Source: Mizuhopecten yessoensis
Lineage: Eukaryota
Direction of reading: 5' to 3'
Assembly (NCBI RefSeq): GCF_002113885.1
Contig: NW_018404881.1
Span: 19,558-83,557, forward strand
DNA: 64,000 nt
Position numbers and translations under genes: made by a program. Every line of letters starts with the position of its first letter. Position 1 is the stretch's first letter. The notes under the pieces are model-generated. The model did no database searches and was not told where the DNA came from. It saw only the letters and a program-made list of their open reading frames with translations. Below, piece after piece: positions 37,149 through 49,540 of this stretch.

Positions 37149-37802
37149 ATGTTTGAGAAAGAGTATGGTTCATGTTCCAAATGGCACTTGTATTGTTTAA
37201 AGGAAGCGAAAAAGATCAAGACGCCAGAAGAAATATCAATCGGACGATTCGTGAATGGCCGAACAGACATATACCCAGTGTGGCAGTCCCTTCTGCAGCG
37301 GTGGTTCTCCGAGTCTTCCACGGAGGTGTACATCGTCACTCCTTTTATGGACTTAGAACGACTGTATGAGATATGCTTCTTCATGCTAGAAAACCAATCG
37401 GCGGCAAATCTGAGGGCGATTTACGTCAGAGAAATTTCAAACGTCCGCGTCCCAAAAAAGAATCCCCCGAAGTTCATCCCATACTGGAAATTCGGTCCCG
37501 GTTACAAACCTGATGACCCGGAAGCTTATGGCGCCCTTATAAGGGCTTTCCTAGACGCATTCTCGCCGAAATATCGCAGCTACGTGAAAGAGCACGTGAT
37601 TAGTAAATTGACCAACCCTAAGTCGACGTTTCACGGGAAGTTCGCAGCAGGTGTCAAGGCCAACAGTGCTCAGGTTTTGATCACTAGCGCCAATTTTCAG
37701 GGTCACCATTTCGATCACAATAATTACGAGACAGTTTGTTATTCCACCATGACGAAATTAGATTTTGAAGACAGATTTCTCAACAATATACAAATTGAAT
37801 AG
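37149..37802 (+). CDS. Phospholipase D superfamily (single HxK motif) nuclease/phosphodiesterase-like protein, >=217 aa; probably the terminal exon (acceptor at 37144)
   Basis: Motifs EVYIVTPFMD (the PLD I.i.sP[YF] strand) and FHGKFAAG...VLITSANF...NNYET, matching HxK-(x)n-[GT]SxN-(x)n-N.E of Nuc/BfiI/Tdp1-type enzymes. AATAAA at ~37929. Candidate upstream exon at 36879-36971. Confidence 0.8.
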   Translation: MFEKEYGSCSKWHLYCLKEAKKIKTPEEISIGRFVNGRTDIYPVWQSLLQRWFSESSTEVYIVTPFMDLERLYEICFFMLENQSAANLRAIYVREISNVRVPKKNPPKFIPYWKFGPGYKPDDPEAYGALIRAFLDAFSPKYRSYVKEHVISKLTNPKSTFHGKFAAGVKANSAQVLITSANFQGHHFDHNNYETVCYSTMTKLDFEDRFLNNIQIE

Positions 37803-38575
37803 CAACTTCTCTTTTGATCATATGGCAGCTAGTTTTATACATACATGTAGTGCGGTGTACTGAGGGCTGGTTAAATAGAACTTGGGCCTTACGCTGGTTG
37901 TTGATATCATTTGTGTTTGTGTCGTAATAATAAACCTATGTAAAATACAAGTTCATTTATATTTCCTGTATTGTTAAACATTAGCTACTTACAATGTACG
38001 TACATTATACATAACATTGGTATATACATAAAGAATACGAATAGTACGACACAGAGTCTACACCGACAATCATCCAATGCTCATTATTCCCGTAAACTAG
38101 AGTTAGCATTTAAAACATGACCATAGAACGTAAAAAGATTCCATGACATTGACAACACTACAAATGGGTGGAGCTATGCAAATTTTTCAGCGAACGAGAT
38201 ACAATTGTGTGACGACATCTACAGTATATGCTATTTCTTATTGACCCGATCACACGGTCAAGGCTTCGTCATGTTACACGTGCTCAACCGATTCATCACT
38301 TAAAAACCGAACCAGAAGGATACTCATTCAACAATCCTTTTGTACATTGATACGTTACCAAATACGTGGGCTAATCAGCAGCAGGTGGTTTGTATGTGAG
38401 TAATGGTCTACCTTGACTCAGTCAAGCAGTCAGTATGCTCATCAACCGATAGTATATTTTAGACCGTTTCCACTACAATGTATGTACTCACACAACTTGT
38501 TTAGGAGGTATGGGTCTTGTAAATGATTTAGTTGCGTAAGTCCTTACTCCAATGAACCGAATCAATGGAACGAAA

Positions 38576-39662
38576 AACATCAGTCCGTCCATAAAGTAAC
38601 ATCAATCCGTCCATAAAGTAACATCAGTCCGTCCATAAAGTAACATCAGTCCGTCCATAAAGTAACATCAGTCCGTCCATAAAGTAACATCAATCCGTCC
38701 ATAAAGTAACATAAGTTCGTCCATAAAGAAACATCAGTCCGTCCATAAGGTAACATAAGTCCGTCCATAAAGAAACATCAGTCCGTCATGAATAAACACC
38801 AGTCCGTCCATAAAGTAACATCAGTCCGTCCATAAAGTAACATCAATCCGTCCATAAAGAAACATCAGTCCGTCCATAAGGTAACATAAGTCCGTCCATA
38901 AAGTAACATCAATACGTCCATAAAGTAACATAAGTCCGTCCATAAAGAAACATCAGTCCGTCCATGAATAAACACCAGTCCGTCCATAAAGTAACATCAG
39001 TCCGTCCATAAAGTAACATCAGTCCGTCCATAAAGTAACATAAGTCCGTCCATAAAGTAACATCAATCCGTCCATAAAGTAACATAAGTTCGTCCATAAA
39101 GTAACATAAGTTCGTCCATAAAGAAACATCAGTCCGTCCATAAAGTAACATCAGTCCGTCCAACAGGTAACATCAGTTCGTCTATAAAGTAACATCAGTC
39201 CGTCCATAAAGTAACATCAGTCCGTCCATAAAGTAACATAAGTCCGTCCATAAAGTAACATCAATCCGTCCATAAAGTAACATCAGTCCGTCCATAAAGT
39301 AACATCAGTCCGTCCATAAAGAAACATCAGTCCGTCCATAAAGTAACATAAGTCCGTCCATAAAGAAACATCAGTCCGTCCATAAAGTAACATCAGTCCG
39401 TCCAACAAGTAACATCAGTTCGTCTATAAAGTAACATCAGTCCGTCCATAAAGTAACATCAATCCGTCCATAAAGTAACATCAGTCCGTTTACAAAGTGG
39501 CATCAGTCCTTCAATTAAGAAATATCAGTTCGTCCATAAAGTTGCATCAGTTCGTCAATAAAGTAACATAATTCCGTCCATAAAATTTCATCAATCCGTC
39601 CATAATGTGATATCAGTCCGTTCATAAATGTTCATCAGTTCGTCCATAAAGTAACATCAGTC
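38576..39662 (+). repeat. 22-bp minisatellite (~49 units)
   Basis: Unit catcagtccgtccataaagtaa, degenerating toward the 3' end. Confidence 0.95.
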
Positions 39663-41526
39663 CTAGTACTAATATTGGAAGTTATTTTCTATGTCATTCA
39701 AAGTTTTGATAATTACAACAAATTATAGTCGGGATCAGGCTTTACTGAACACTTAAAGGAAACACTGTTAACAACAACAGAAATGTGTATTGCCCGAGTA
39801 AAACGTTGGTGGCAATATATTCTAACTATAAGGCGTTATCACTATCAATATAGGGTTTGAATTGGACGGAGATATAAGTTGAATTATGATATCCGTTATT
39901 TATTCTTTGATAATGAATAATACCAATATTCAAGTGAGACACTTTTCCACGCACATGGAGTCAGTACTGCTTATCAATGATAACGTTACTGTTGTGTCTG
40001 TTCTAAGTATTATCAATTAAGTTTCGTGCTTCGAAGATAAAAGGGAAAAAAATAACGAAAGGAACAAACAATTGATATTCAATAACAGTTTAATATTGAT
40101 ATGGCACAATATAGAATACAACGTTTAACACACAAGGTATACGTAACATAATGTACGGCGCTATACGGAATAAGTACAGTGGATTTTCGTTAACGCAGAC
40201 TCCGATACGTGAGATATATAATCAGGTATACAATCTGGACAAAATAAAACTAAGATCTTTCTGTTTCAACTCTCATAGAAAAAATGCCTTTTTCAAAAGC
40301 GAAGAAAACGTCTCAGTTTTTTACAATGTTCGTTGAAGATTATTATTAAAACAATCAAATTTGTTCTAATTAAATAAGTGACTTTTCTATCAACTTACAA
40401 GCTATATACCTTTACGAGAGTACATATTTTTCAACTAGATATTATTTACCTTGTACAATAATAATATTGAAATATTTATGAAAGAACCAGTGAAATATCG
40501 ATTTAAAATCACATTTATCGATTACTGAAAGGTTAACTTGTAAAAATATATTTACATTTCTTTTGTACAGCCCCTTAATATACCAGACTACTAAACATGT
40601 GTCGAATCTAAATCCCAAGAACTCTTCCACGTGAATGTTTTCCATCTGGGAACTGTTGCAATCTTCGTTCCCGAAACAATGGCTGTGTGTGGTTTGTGTA
40701 TAATGTATAATTAATGTATAATGTTCTTGTGATAATGTATCACAGAAAAAACAAAAGATGAAAAACAGTTGTTAGTTTTACTGCAAATATTTTCACATTT
40801 ATGAGGATATGAAACCATGTTGCTTAGACAAATATTACCCGAGATGCTTTATTACTCATCATAGAGTAAGTCTTGGCTGCAGCTTTACTAACGTTAACAA
40901 TATATATTATCATTTAAAGGAATGTATATGTACCTCAAACTATAATAATGATAATATGTCAAACATTAGTGATTTTAATGGGGGGTTTTGTGCATTTTTG
41001 TACATTCCAAAGTTCAATAGAATGGCAAATTATATCCAAAATATAAAACATTCGAGAAAGTTTTTTAAGAGTTCGCAATACAAAAATGGAAAACGAAGTC
41101 TCCACCATGTCATTCTGTTAAAGCTTTAAAATATTCTATAAAAGCTCGAGAAAATGTAAAAACGACACATATTCTCTCAAAGTTCGAGAAAAAAAGGAAA
41201 CTTAATAACCACGAAAACCTTCTGCTGGACAGCAACAAGGAACAAATAATGAATGCATATAAACAATACTGTAAATCCGTTAATTGATACGAAAATTATA
41301 TTTTTGTTTTACTATTATACCGTCAGATTTATAACAAATAAACAATAACAGGGTAGATCGTGACATGGCTGAATATATGTCTGCAAAATAGTTGACTTGG
41401 TGCGATATGAATAATGCTTCTTTTTATAACTCACAAAAATATTTAATCTACCGTAAACAATTCTAAGAATTTGCAATTTTATTGCTCAGAAACTACAATT
41501 TAAATACAAACGTTTCCCGAAGGACA

Positions 41527-41716
41527 TATTCCGTCTTTGCGTATTGCAGAGTTATCTTTTCTTGAGAGCAAGTATTGATTGTTACGTCATTGGGTTGTGT
41601 GAGAAAATTACGTCGTTTTCTCAAAAATTGATGACGTTACTCTCACAAACAAATGACGTAACAATCAATATCTGCTCTCAAGAGAAGATAACTCTGCAAT
41701 ACGCAAAGATGGAATA
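41527..41716. mobile_element. Palindromic (fold-back) MITE
   Basis: tattccgtctttgcgtattgcagagttatc... mirrors ...gataactctgcaatacgcaaagatggaata, with TA at both ends. The arms pair over most of the 190 bp. Confidence 0.85.
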
Positions 41717-41919
41717 GACAGACGGACAAGAAGATGGACATTGAATTAAAACTATCATTTACACTGAAGTATAGGTATCCATCGAGTAATGAAAAGCAAT
41801 GATAGTTTGTAACGAAATCAAATATGGGACAGTTTCTTCCACTCAGATATGTTTGAGTGATTATCATTCGGAACACCTTTGGTGATCAATTAGGAATATC
41901 TGTACAATCACGTGAAAGT

Positions 41920-44900
41920 TTAAACAAGACACATACAGAAGAATAGAAACATGACAATAAAAAGGGTGTAGAAGGATTTCAAAAAGGCAGGAAATGACGC
42001 AACAATGTCTTTGTTCGGAAACGTCGCCTTCAGAGATGAGTTGTCGTTCTTGTTAAGCAGAAAAGCAGAAATGCGGTTCCTGATTCCTGAAGACAAAGAA
42101 GAGTCAACATTCATTTTGTCTGTCAAAGCCGAATTAACGTTGATGTTTTGGGAGCCGGACGAGTTGTGGTTCTTTGGCATGACTTTGGTATGCATGGAAG
42201 CGCTGTAACGATTCATGGCGTTGATGATAGACGATTTGGCGCCGTTCCATTTCCCTGGTCCCTCCAAACGGTACTGAGCAGGTAAACAGGGCCCGAACAC
42301 ACAGTTCAGGGCAAGGTACGGGTCCTCAAAGAACGTCCGCCATAAGTTGGGTTTTGCTCCAAATTGTTCAGCAACATCATCCATGTAGTCGATCCAAAAA
42401 GTCTGGAAAAATTAATAGAAAATATAAGAAATTTCTGTATTTTAAAGAACATGAACAAATCAACATTACATTCATGTATATTGAGGCACTTTTATTGGTT
42501 TCCATTGAATATCGACTACTACATGAATGTGTAACCTGCACGACTGAAAACAGGAAGAAAAATATTGAACACATGGGTTTATCTATATATGCTATTGAAA
42601 ACTATCGAACGTTCAGCTGATTCTCTTTCACGAATATGCACGAATTGCGTAAAAACCCACGTTTGTCGGGACTACTGCACATACTTTGACGTCACAATCA
42701 CATGTCGTCTTTGTCACTGCGACTCTGTGCACATTGTATCTGATCGTTTTACCATCCATAACTGACTCATGTTACACATCTCAAGGTATCCGTGACGTAC
42801 CTGGATAGTGTGACGTTTGGCGGTATAGTAACCATTGGCAACCGTCTCTCTTTTCAGTTCAATGTCTGCCATCATTTCCGACTCCGATGGAAGTTTACAC
42901 AATCCTAAATATAAAATAAATACACTTAGGGTTTTTTAATATTCCTTTCATATTTTCTATAAATAATTTCTTTTCGAATTGAAAAAAATAAAATGACATG
43001 TTTTGTTAATTGTACCAATGCCATGAACTATTGATCATAATATAGAGGGGTTTGAGATAAGATATCATTTCCTGTTATCCTTTTAATATATATAAATATA
43101 TGTAATATCACTAATGTCAATATACATAGACAATGTGACTGTTTCTAACATTTTGTTCGTTCTTTTCCCCTAAAACAATCAATAGAAATTCACCCTTGAT
43201 GACTCTAGTGTACCATCGGCACTGTATTTCCGATATCGGCATCACAGCTCCGATGGCCTGGACCAGTCCAATAATGCCTAGAGTAGGGTGTTTCAAATGG
43301 GGTGGGTACATGAACTTGTAGAGACAGGTTTCGTTATCTTTCACCCTCGTAATAGATTCGTCCACCATTGGAATCGTGTAATTGTAACCAGTGGCAAAAA
43401 TTACAGTATCGATCTCCTCTAAACTCCCGTCTTCAAACGAGACTTTTTCGTGTGAGAAATGTCGGACATTTGGTTTGATCTTGATACTTCCGGTTAACAG
43501 ACGAAGCGGAAGTTCATCATTTATGGTGGGATGTGACTGCAGGGCCCTGCAGCGAGAAAAGGCATCCATTCTTATACAATAAAAACGTCGATTCACAATT
43601 TGTGTGAACTGGTTGCCTTTGTAGGATATCTATATAAGTATACAGTTCAAACAACAGGTCCATCTGTTTCTTTACACCAGGGCCCGTATTCATGAAACCG
43701 TTCTCATGTTCAAGCATGGATTCTGTGCTCAAGCAAGCCAGCTTTCTTGTAACCCACTTAAATCATGTCAACGATCAAAAAGTCAAATTCAAATATTGAA
43801 AACAGTAGTCGGCTTCAAGTTTCTTCAATTTTTGTCCAAAACTTCAACAAAACAAAGATTTTTTAAATAATTTATAACTGACACAAGAAATTAGACTTGA
43901 GCACAAAATCCATGCTTGAGCATGAGAACGGTTTCAAGAATACGGCCCCAGACTTTGACATTTGGACAGATAGAGATGTCTGGTGTCAGGGCCAGTGGAA
44001 ACCTGGGCTACTGTACCTGTTGATTAGCCCGAGTTTCCTCTGGCCCTGACACCAGACTTTGACATTTGGACAGATAGATGTCTGGTATCAGGGCCAGAGG
44101 AAACTCGGGCTACTGTACCTATTGATATACTACAAGTTCGAGTTGAATTGATTTTGTAGTTGACTTATAAAAGAAAACATCACGGACTTACCTTTAAACT
44201 AGAAATTCATATAAACATGTTCGAATTATACATATAAAATAAATTCTCCAGATGCTTTCATCTCTAGACAACAAAATACTATCATTAAACGAAATTCGCT
44301 CACAACTGTGACGTAAGTACCACCGACACTAATATAACCCCCTCGTGCAGTCAGTGTTACCTGTTAGCTGGCCTGATCCCAAATTTGTTGTGGTCAAAGT
44401 TGAAATTTGACATTTTCTCAACTCCCCACTGGAGGACGCTCTTTGGTAACATGAATGCAAATCTACTGTTGGCCATGGCATCCGCCGGAAGTCCCCAGAA
44501 CCCCTTCCGGTTAATGATCCACGCACCTCTGCGCGTGCTTAGATACACCTGCAAAATTGAAAAGAATAAACTAAAAAATAATTTATTACTCCCCTAGTAT
44601 ATGCAGCTTTAAACCAAAGGAACTATTGATCAATTCCGTAATACAAATTCAGACATTTCCTCTTAATACAATTTGATGTGTTTTAGAGGGTATCCTAAAT
44701 ATCAAGTCGGTGTGTTAGAGGTTATCCGAAATGCTAAGTCGGTGTCATCGATACATATAGATATAGATATATTATAATACATATAAAGTAATAGGATAAC
44801 AACAAACACAGTCCTATGAACAGGTCTATCAATTACCGTATATTAGTGTGTAAAACAAGTGGGGGAAATGCACGGCAAGACAGGAATCCGAAACAGATCA

Positions 44901-47900
44901 TTTACATAGGACAAAACATATTGCGGTAACTGTAAAAGTGAACATTTTCCGTATTGAGTAAATATGGCGTTTTCCGTATTGAATAAACTATTTCAAAAAT
45001 ATCGACACGCGAATAGTTATTTAAAGATGATCTAGAATAAAGATATAAAGAATATAACCATTGTCAATGTGAAAACTCCACATCGCGATCAGCTTTAAGG
45101 GTCACGACGCGAACATTTCCGCACGCTAAAATTTCACGTTCTCAGTACAGTATTTTGAATTAATTTATATAGTGAAAACCCCACTTATACTTATAAGAAT
45201 ACTTAAAAATGAGACGAGAAAGCACGAATGAATGAAATCAAAATAGTTTTTGAAGCCATAGCTTGTTGTATTTTCTCTTGTTCAAATAATGAAAATGATA
45301 AGAGCATTGACCCTAAATGTATTTAGGAGGGCGGGTATGGTTTACATTACTGTAAGAGTGTGTAAACGCCTAACATGTCTATTAAAAAGTTTTTTAAAAA
45401 CAGTGAAAAGATTCCAAAATAAAAAGTACTAAGGACATTCCATACGAGTTGTATGTTGGATATATATCCTTATAATCGAATTACTTAACATAAAAGACAT
45501 AACTCTAAATGATATGTTTAAATCAATATACCGTTAACAATATGTACTTTATGCCGTTTAAAGATAATAATATTCGGTACACCAAAATGTAAGCTTTGCA
45601 GGACATCTTATTTTCTGAGCCGAAACAGTACAGATCCCTCAAAGCCTAGCAAAAACTTCATTTTTCATATAACTCTGCAGACGTGATAAACAGGACGATG
45701 TCGAATAAATGGAGTTACTTCAAATCTAGAAATACCGGGTCCAAAACGTAGGAGGACTGATCCTTGTCTCCGTTATGATCAAATTCTTTTGATCATTCAC
45801 AAAATGATATGGCAATACTTTTGTGTTACACAATAATTGTTATTTGCATAAAAAGCTTCAGAATTCTTTGTAGAGATATCATATAAGTTTCATTAAGATT
45901 CTTACCTAGAGATCCCAACGATTTACAGTTTAATTTGAAATACTTATTATTGGCATAAACTTGTAAGTCATTTACAGAAAAAGCTCCGGAATTCTTAGTG
46001 GAAATATATGATTATTTTCATTAATGATTCAAAGCGAGCCTAATTTGTTAAGGCCGAAGTAAGTAAAACTTCACGTACCTGTGAGGCAGCATGGCTTATG
46101 TCGACAGCAATATCCGCCCCGGAGTTCCCTATCCCTGAAATAGAGTATTAGATAAAAGATATGAGAAAAACAGCCAATCTACTCATTACAGTCGGTCTAC
46201 TGATGTCGTCTCCTGAAATAAATACACCTATATTTCGAGGAATATTCTATTTTTCATGAGGAAGCATGAACAAATTCATTAAGGAGTATCTACCAATTTC
46301 AATGTGCATCGCACAGTAAAGAGATGCATAGACCTAAAGAAAAGAAATCGGAATTTGTTTTATTGTTTCATGTTGGAGCGTTTAAACTTTAACCGTGCAA
46401 AACAGTATTTACTACATTTAATTCCTCGCGCAGACCCAAGTCAAACCAACGCGTAAATCTAGACTATTCACTTCGCCTGTAACCTGGGAAACCAAAGCAG
46501 AACGCAGCAATGCTAGGAGCGGTAGTATACGTTTATTGTTCCTATGTTGTTTCATTTTCAGCCTTAACGTTATCGAGGACTTTTATGATAATCCTGTTAA
46601 TTCCGAAACACATAAAGTATGAACAGATTATACTTTATTGCATGGAAATTGTTGTGAAGCTGGCAGACCTCCTCAAAAATGGTTTTACCTACATCATTCC
46701 TTGCGTAAGTGATCACATGAATTAATATTTATTACAAAATAGAGCTATAACGAATTTGTTTCACATCTGAAGATTCTTGTTGCTCTATTAAGGAGTCATT
46801 TAAACTAAAAATAGTTCGCAATTCCGTTTAAATACGTAAATATTGGCAGGCAAGCTCGACGTTGAGGTGTTTAAAGTGTAATTCTCTTTAGGTTCGATTT
46901 CAATTGTTGGTAGTCAGACAGTGCTTTTAAACACACAACCTTTACATAAAAAATAGAAGTTAAAAGCAATGCCACCGTGCGCTATCTAATCCTGTGGCTG
47001 TTGTCATAGCATTCGGTATTACAAATTCACAAAAGAGAAGATATCTGTGTCGGGAAACAATGCCTACATTTATTAAAATACAAGAACTAAAACCAAGATT
47101 AGGAATCATTGCAACATCATTATTGAAATAAGGGGTCAGGGTCCTTCTTTTTAAATAAAACACCATCATTCAATAACGTTACACTGTCTGTACAGTAATG
47201 TAAGATATTTTTTGTTCAAAAGCCTCCTTTAAAATACAACAAGAATGCATATCTGTGAACCCTTGAACGACATACTTTGATCCCGAGTGAAAACATTTTG
47301 CAGAAAATTGTACAACTTCGGAACATTAAACACACGCGCACTCAGGTAAGATAGCACTGTCCGGCTTCGGAGGCACTCCCCCACGTAAACACAGTCACGA
47401 CCTCACATGGGTATACGGGGTAGCATCGATCATACGTCGAGGGTAAATTTTGAATTAACGTGTAGTTGGTTTTATTTCTTTACTTATACAAATAGTACAA
47501 CTGTTATTTTAAATCACACATAGACCATTATATGAATAACAGTGGTTACACTCACTTACGGCTTACGTTCTCTACAAGTAAGCGAACGAATGATATTTCG
47601 AGGATGCACAAAGACATGATCAGTTGCTAAAAATGGTCCTTTGAAACTGAAATGATTAGTTGAATAATTTATCAAAATGAATTGCAAGCTACACATATCC
47701 TCAAAATATTCCTAGCGTGAGTACATGTAAGAGCGCATCTCAAAACTGACGTGACACGGACGTCACTGGTAATAACACCTACCCCTCAATGATTCTACTG
47801 AAAAAACGGAAAACGAGATTCGTCTGGGTGTTATTTATGTCGTACGATTATTTCCAACACCTGGCACATACTCACAACTAGATCTACATCAGTACGGCCG

Positions 47901-49467
47901 AAATAGTCCGAGAATCATGCTGCATTATTTACATTACAAATGAACGTGAACTTCACTGACATATTGTATATTGTGTACTATGATAATGTCTTGTAAAGTA
48001 AACACAAACCCCGATGCAAATACAATGAAGGTACGCGCTTGATATGTCTATACAATAGTATGTGACCGTGTTGTCAGGTCAGCTATTTGTATTACCTCCG
48101 TGTGAAATGGTCGTACGTATACTTCCAATGACAGAATCTGGTTTCTCGTTAATTCACCGAATGATTTGTTGATTTTCTTTCATCATTTCACATATTAAAA
48201 AATGGTGGATGATACATGGTTAGAGAAAGGGAGGGATTTAAATGACATATCCACATTAACAAAAAGGACAAGTTTAAACTGACAGAAAATAAATTTTATA
48301 TCATTTCTGACACGACATTTATTGACGGAAAGAAATCCTGTGTTTGCATTTGCTAGAATACGTATATATATTGTTATACATTATATAGATAACACTTAGC
48401 CATAGATTATGTGTATGTATTGAATACATTATAAAGATAATACCAAGCCGAAAAGTATATGCATGTATTATGAATACATTAAAAAGAGTATGCGTAGCCG
48501 TATTGTGTGTGTATGCATTGCTATACATTATAAAAATAATACCTAGCTGTACAGTATGTGTAAGTATTGTAATACGTTATATAGATAATATCTTGCCGTA
48601 TAGTATATGTATGTATTGTAATACACTATAAAGCTAATACCTAGCGGTATATGTGTAAGTATTGTAATACGTTATATAGATAATATCTAGCCGTATAGTA
48701 TATGTATGTATTATTATACATTATAAAGATTATATTGGCCGATTAGTATATGTATGTATTGTGATACATAATTAAGATAATACCTAGCCGTAGAGTACAT
48801 TTTGTGTGTGTGGATAGCTTGTTTTTTTGTTAATGAAATATGTGAAACATTTTGATCTTATTCTAATTAATAAGTGAATATAACAAAACTTACCGACCAC
48901 AAGCACCTTTTGATCTGCAAGCTCCTTGTTGGAGCGGTAACTGTGTGTATGCATGATCTTTCCTTGGAACCCGTCTTGACCCTCAAACTCCGGGGTAACA
49001 GGGAAAGTGTGATGTCCGGAACAAATGAGGACTCCGTCAAACCTCCGAGTGACCCTCCCAGGGTCTGATCCGGAACATGAACAATACGTCACGTCCCAAC
49101 AACCGGAATGGTCGTAATCCGGAGACGGGACAATCCGAGTGACGTCTGTTCGGAACTTTATATATTTCCGCAAATCGAAATTGTCCGCGTAAAGTTGAAA
49201 ATATTGATTGACCTGTCTATGAGGTAGAAACACTGGGAAGTCGTCTGGTGGGGGAAAGTCACTAAACGCCATCATTTCTTTACTAGTATTCATCACACAA
49301 GAGCGATACACACTGCCGGTCCCTACTTTTGAATTTTCTTTGTAATTCCATAATCCACCGATGTCATTTTCTCTTTCAAAACAGACAGGGGTCAGTCCTT
49401 CGTCTAAACAACACTTTATAGCGGTCAGGCCGCTACACCCGCCTCCGATGATGGCGATTGTTTTCAT
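41920..49467 (-). CDS. FMO5: Flavin-containing monooxygenase (dimethylaniline monooxygenase, FMO5-like), 585 aa, 6 exons
   Basis: Exons 49467-48894, 46134-46079, 44548-44361, 43546-43194, 42904-42801 and 42402-41920 join in frame (1758 nt). FAD motif GGGCSG, GGLW, NTSKEMMAFSDFP, FMO fingerprint FQGKIMHTHSY, NADPH motif GIGNSG, FATGY, QYRLEGPGKW, and a C-terminal hydrophobic anchor. The symbol denotes family resemblance, not proven orthology. Confidence 0.95.
43681..43948. mobile_element. PIF/Harbinger-type MITE in an FMO intron
   Basis: ~50-bp TIRs ggcccgtattcatgaaaccgttctcatg... / ...catgagaacggtttcaagaatacggccc, with a 3-bp CAG target-site duplication (43678-43680 and 43949-43951). Confidence 0.85.
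44025..44112. mobile_element. 88-bp hairpin MITE (33-bp TIRs, TA ends), with a truncated tandem copy at ~43950-44010
   Basis: tagcccgagtttcctctggccctgacaccagac ... gtctggtatcagggccagaggaaactcgggcta. Confidence 0.75.
48385..48795. repeat. Degenerate ~45-bp AT-rich tandem repeat in FMO intron 1
   Basis: Recurrent gtatatgtatgtattgtaatacattataaagataatacctagcc-like units. Confidence 0.7.
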
Positions 49468-49501
49468 TTTGATCGGCTGGTTGACGGTGGAGCGTGCGAC
49501 C

Positions 49502-49540
49502 AACTGACAGTCCGGCCCGACTCGCCAGGCCACTTATATA
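49502..49540 (-). promoter_or_regulatory. Candidate FMO core promoter (TATA + initiator)
   Basis: Minus-strand TATATAA at 49540-49534, TCAGTT (Inr consensus) at 49507-49502 about 30 nt downstream, and the ATG 35 nt further on. NRF1-like cgcgcatgcg at ~49591. Confidence 0.55.

Noticed and set aside
37149-37802. Bacterial contamination as the source of the PLD ORF
   Set aside because: It has a splice acceptor at 37144, a poly(A) signal, and contiguous host-type repeats, with no operon context. Ancient horizontal transfer is not excluded.
49468-49533. N-terminal extension of FMO from the GTG start in the ORF track
   Set aside because: It overlaps the TATA/Inr region. FMO homology begins at MKTIAIIGGG (49467).
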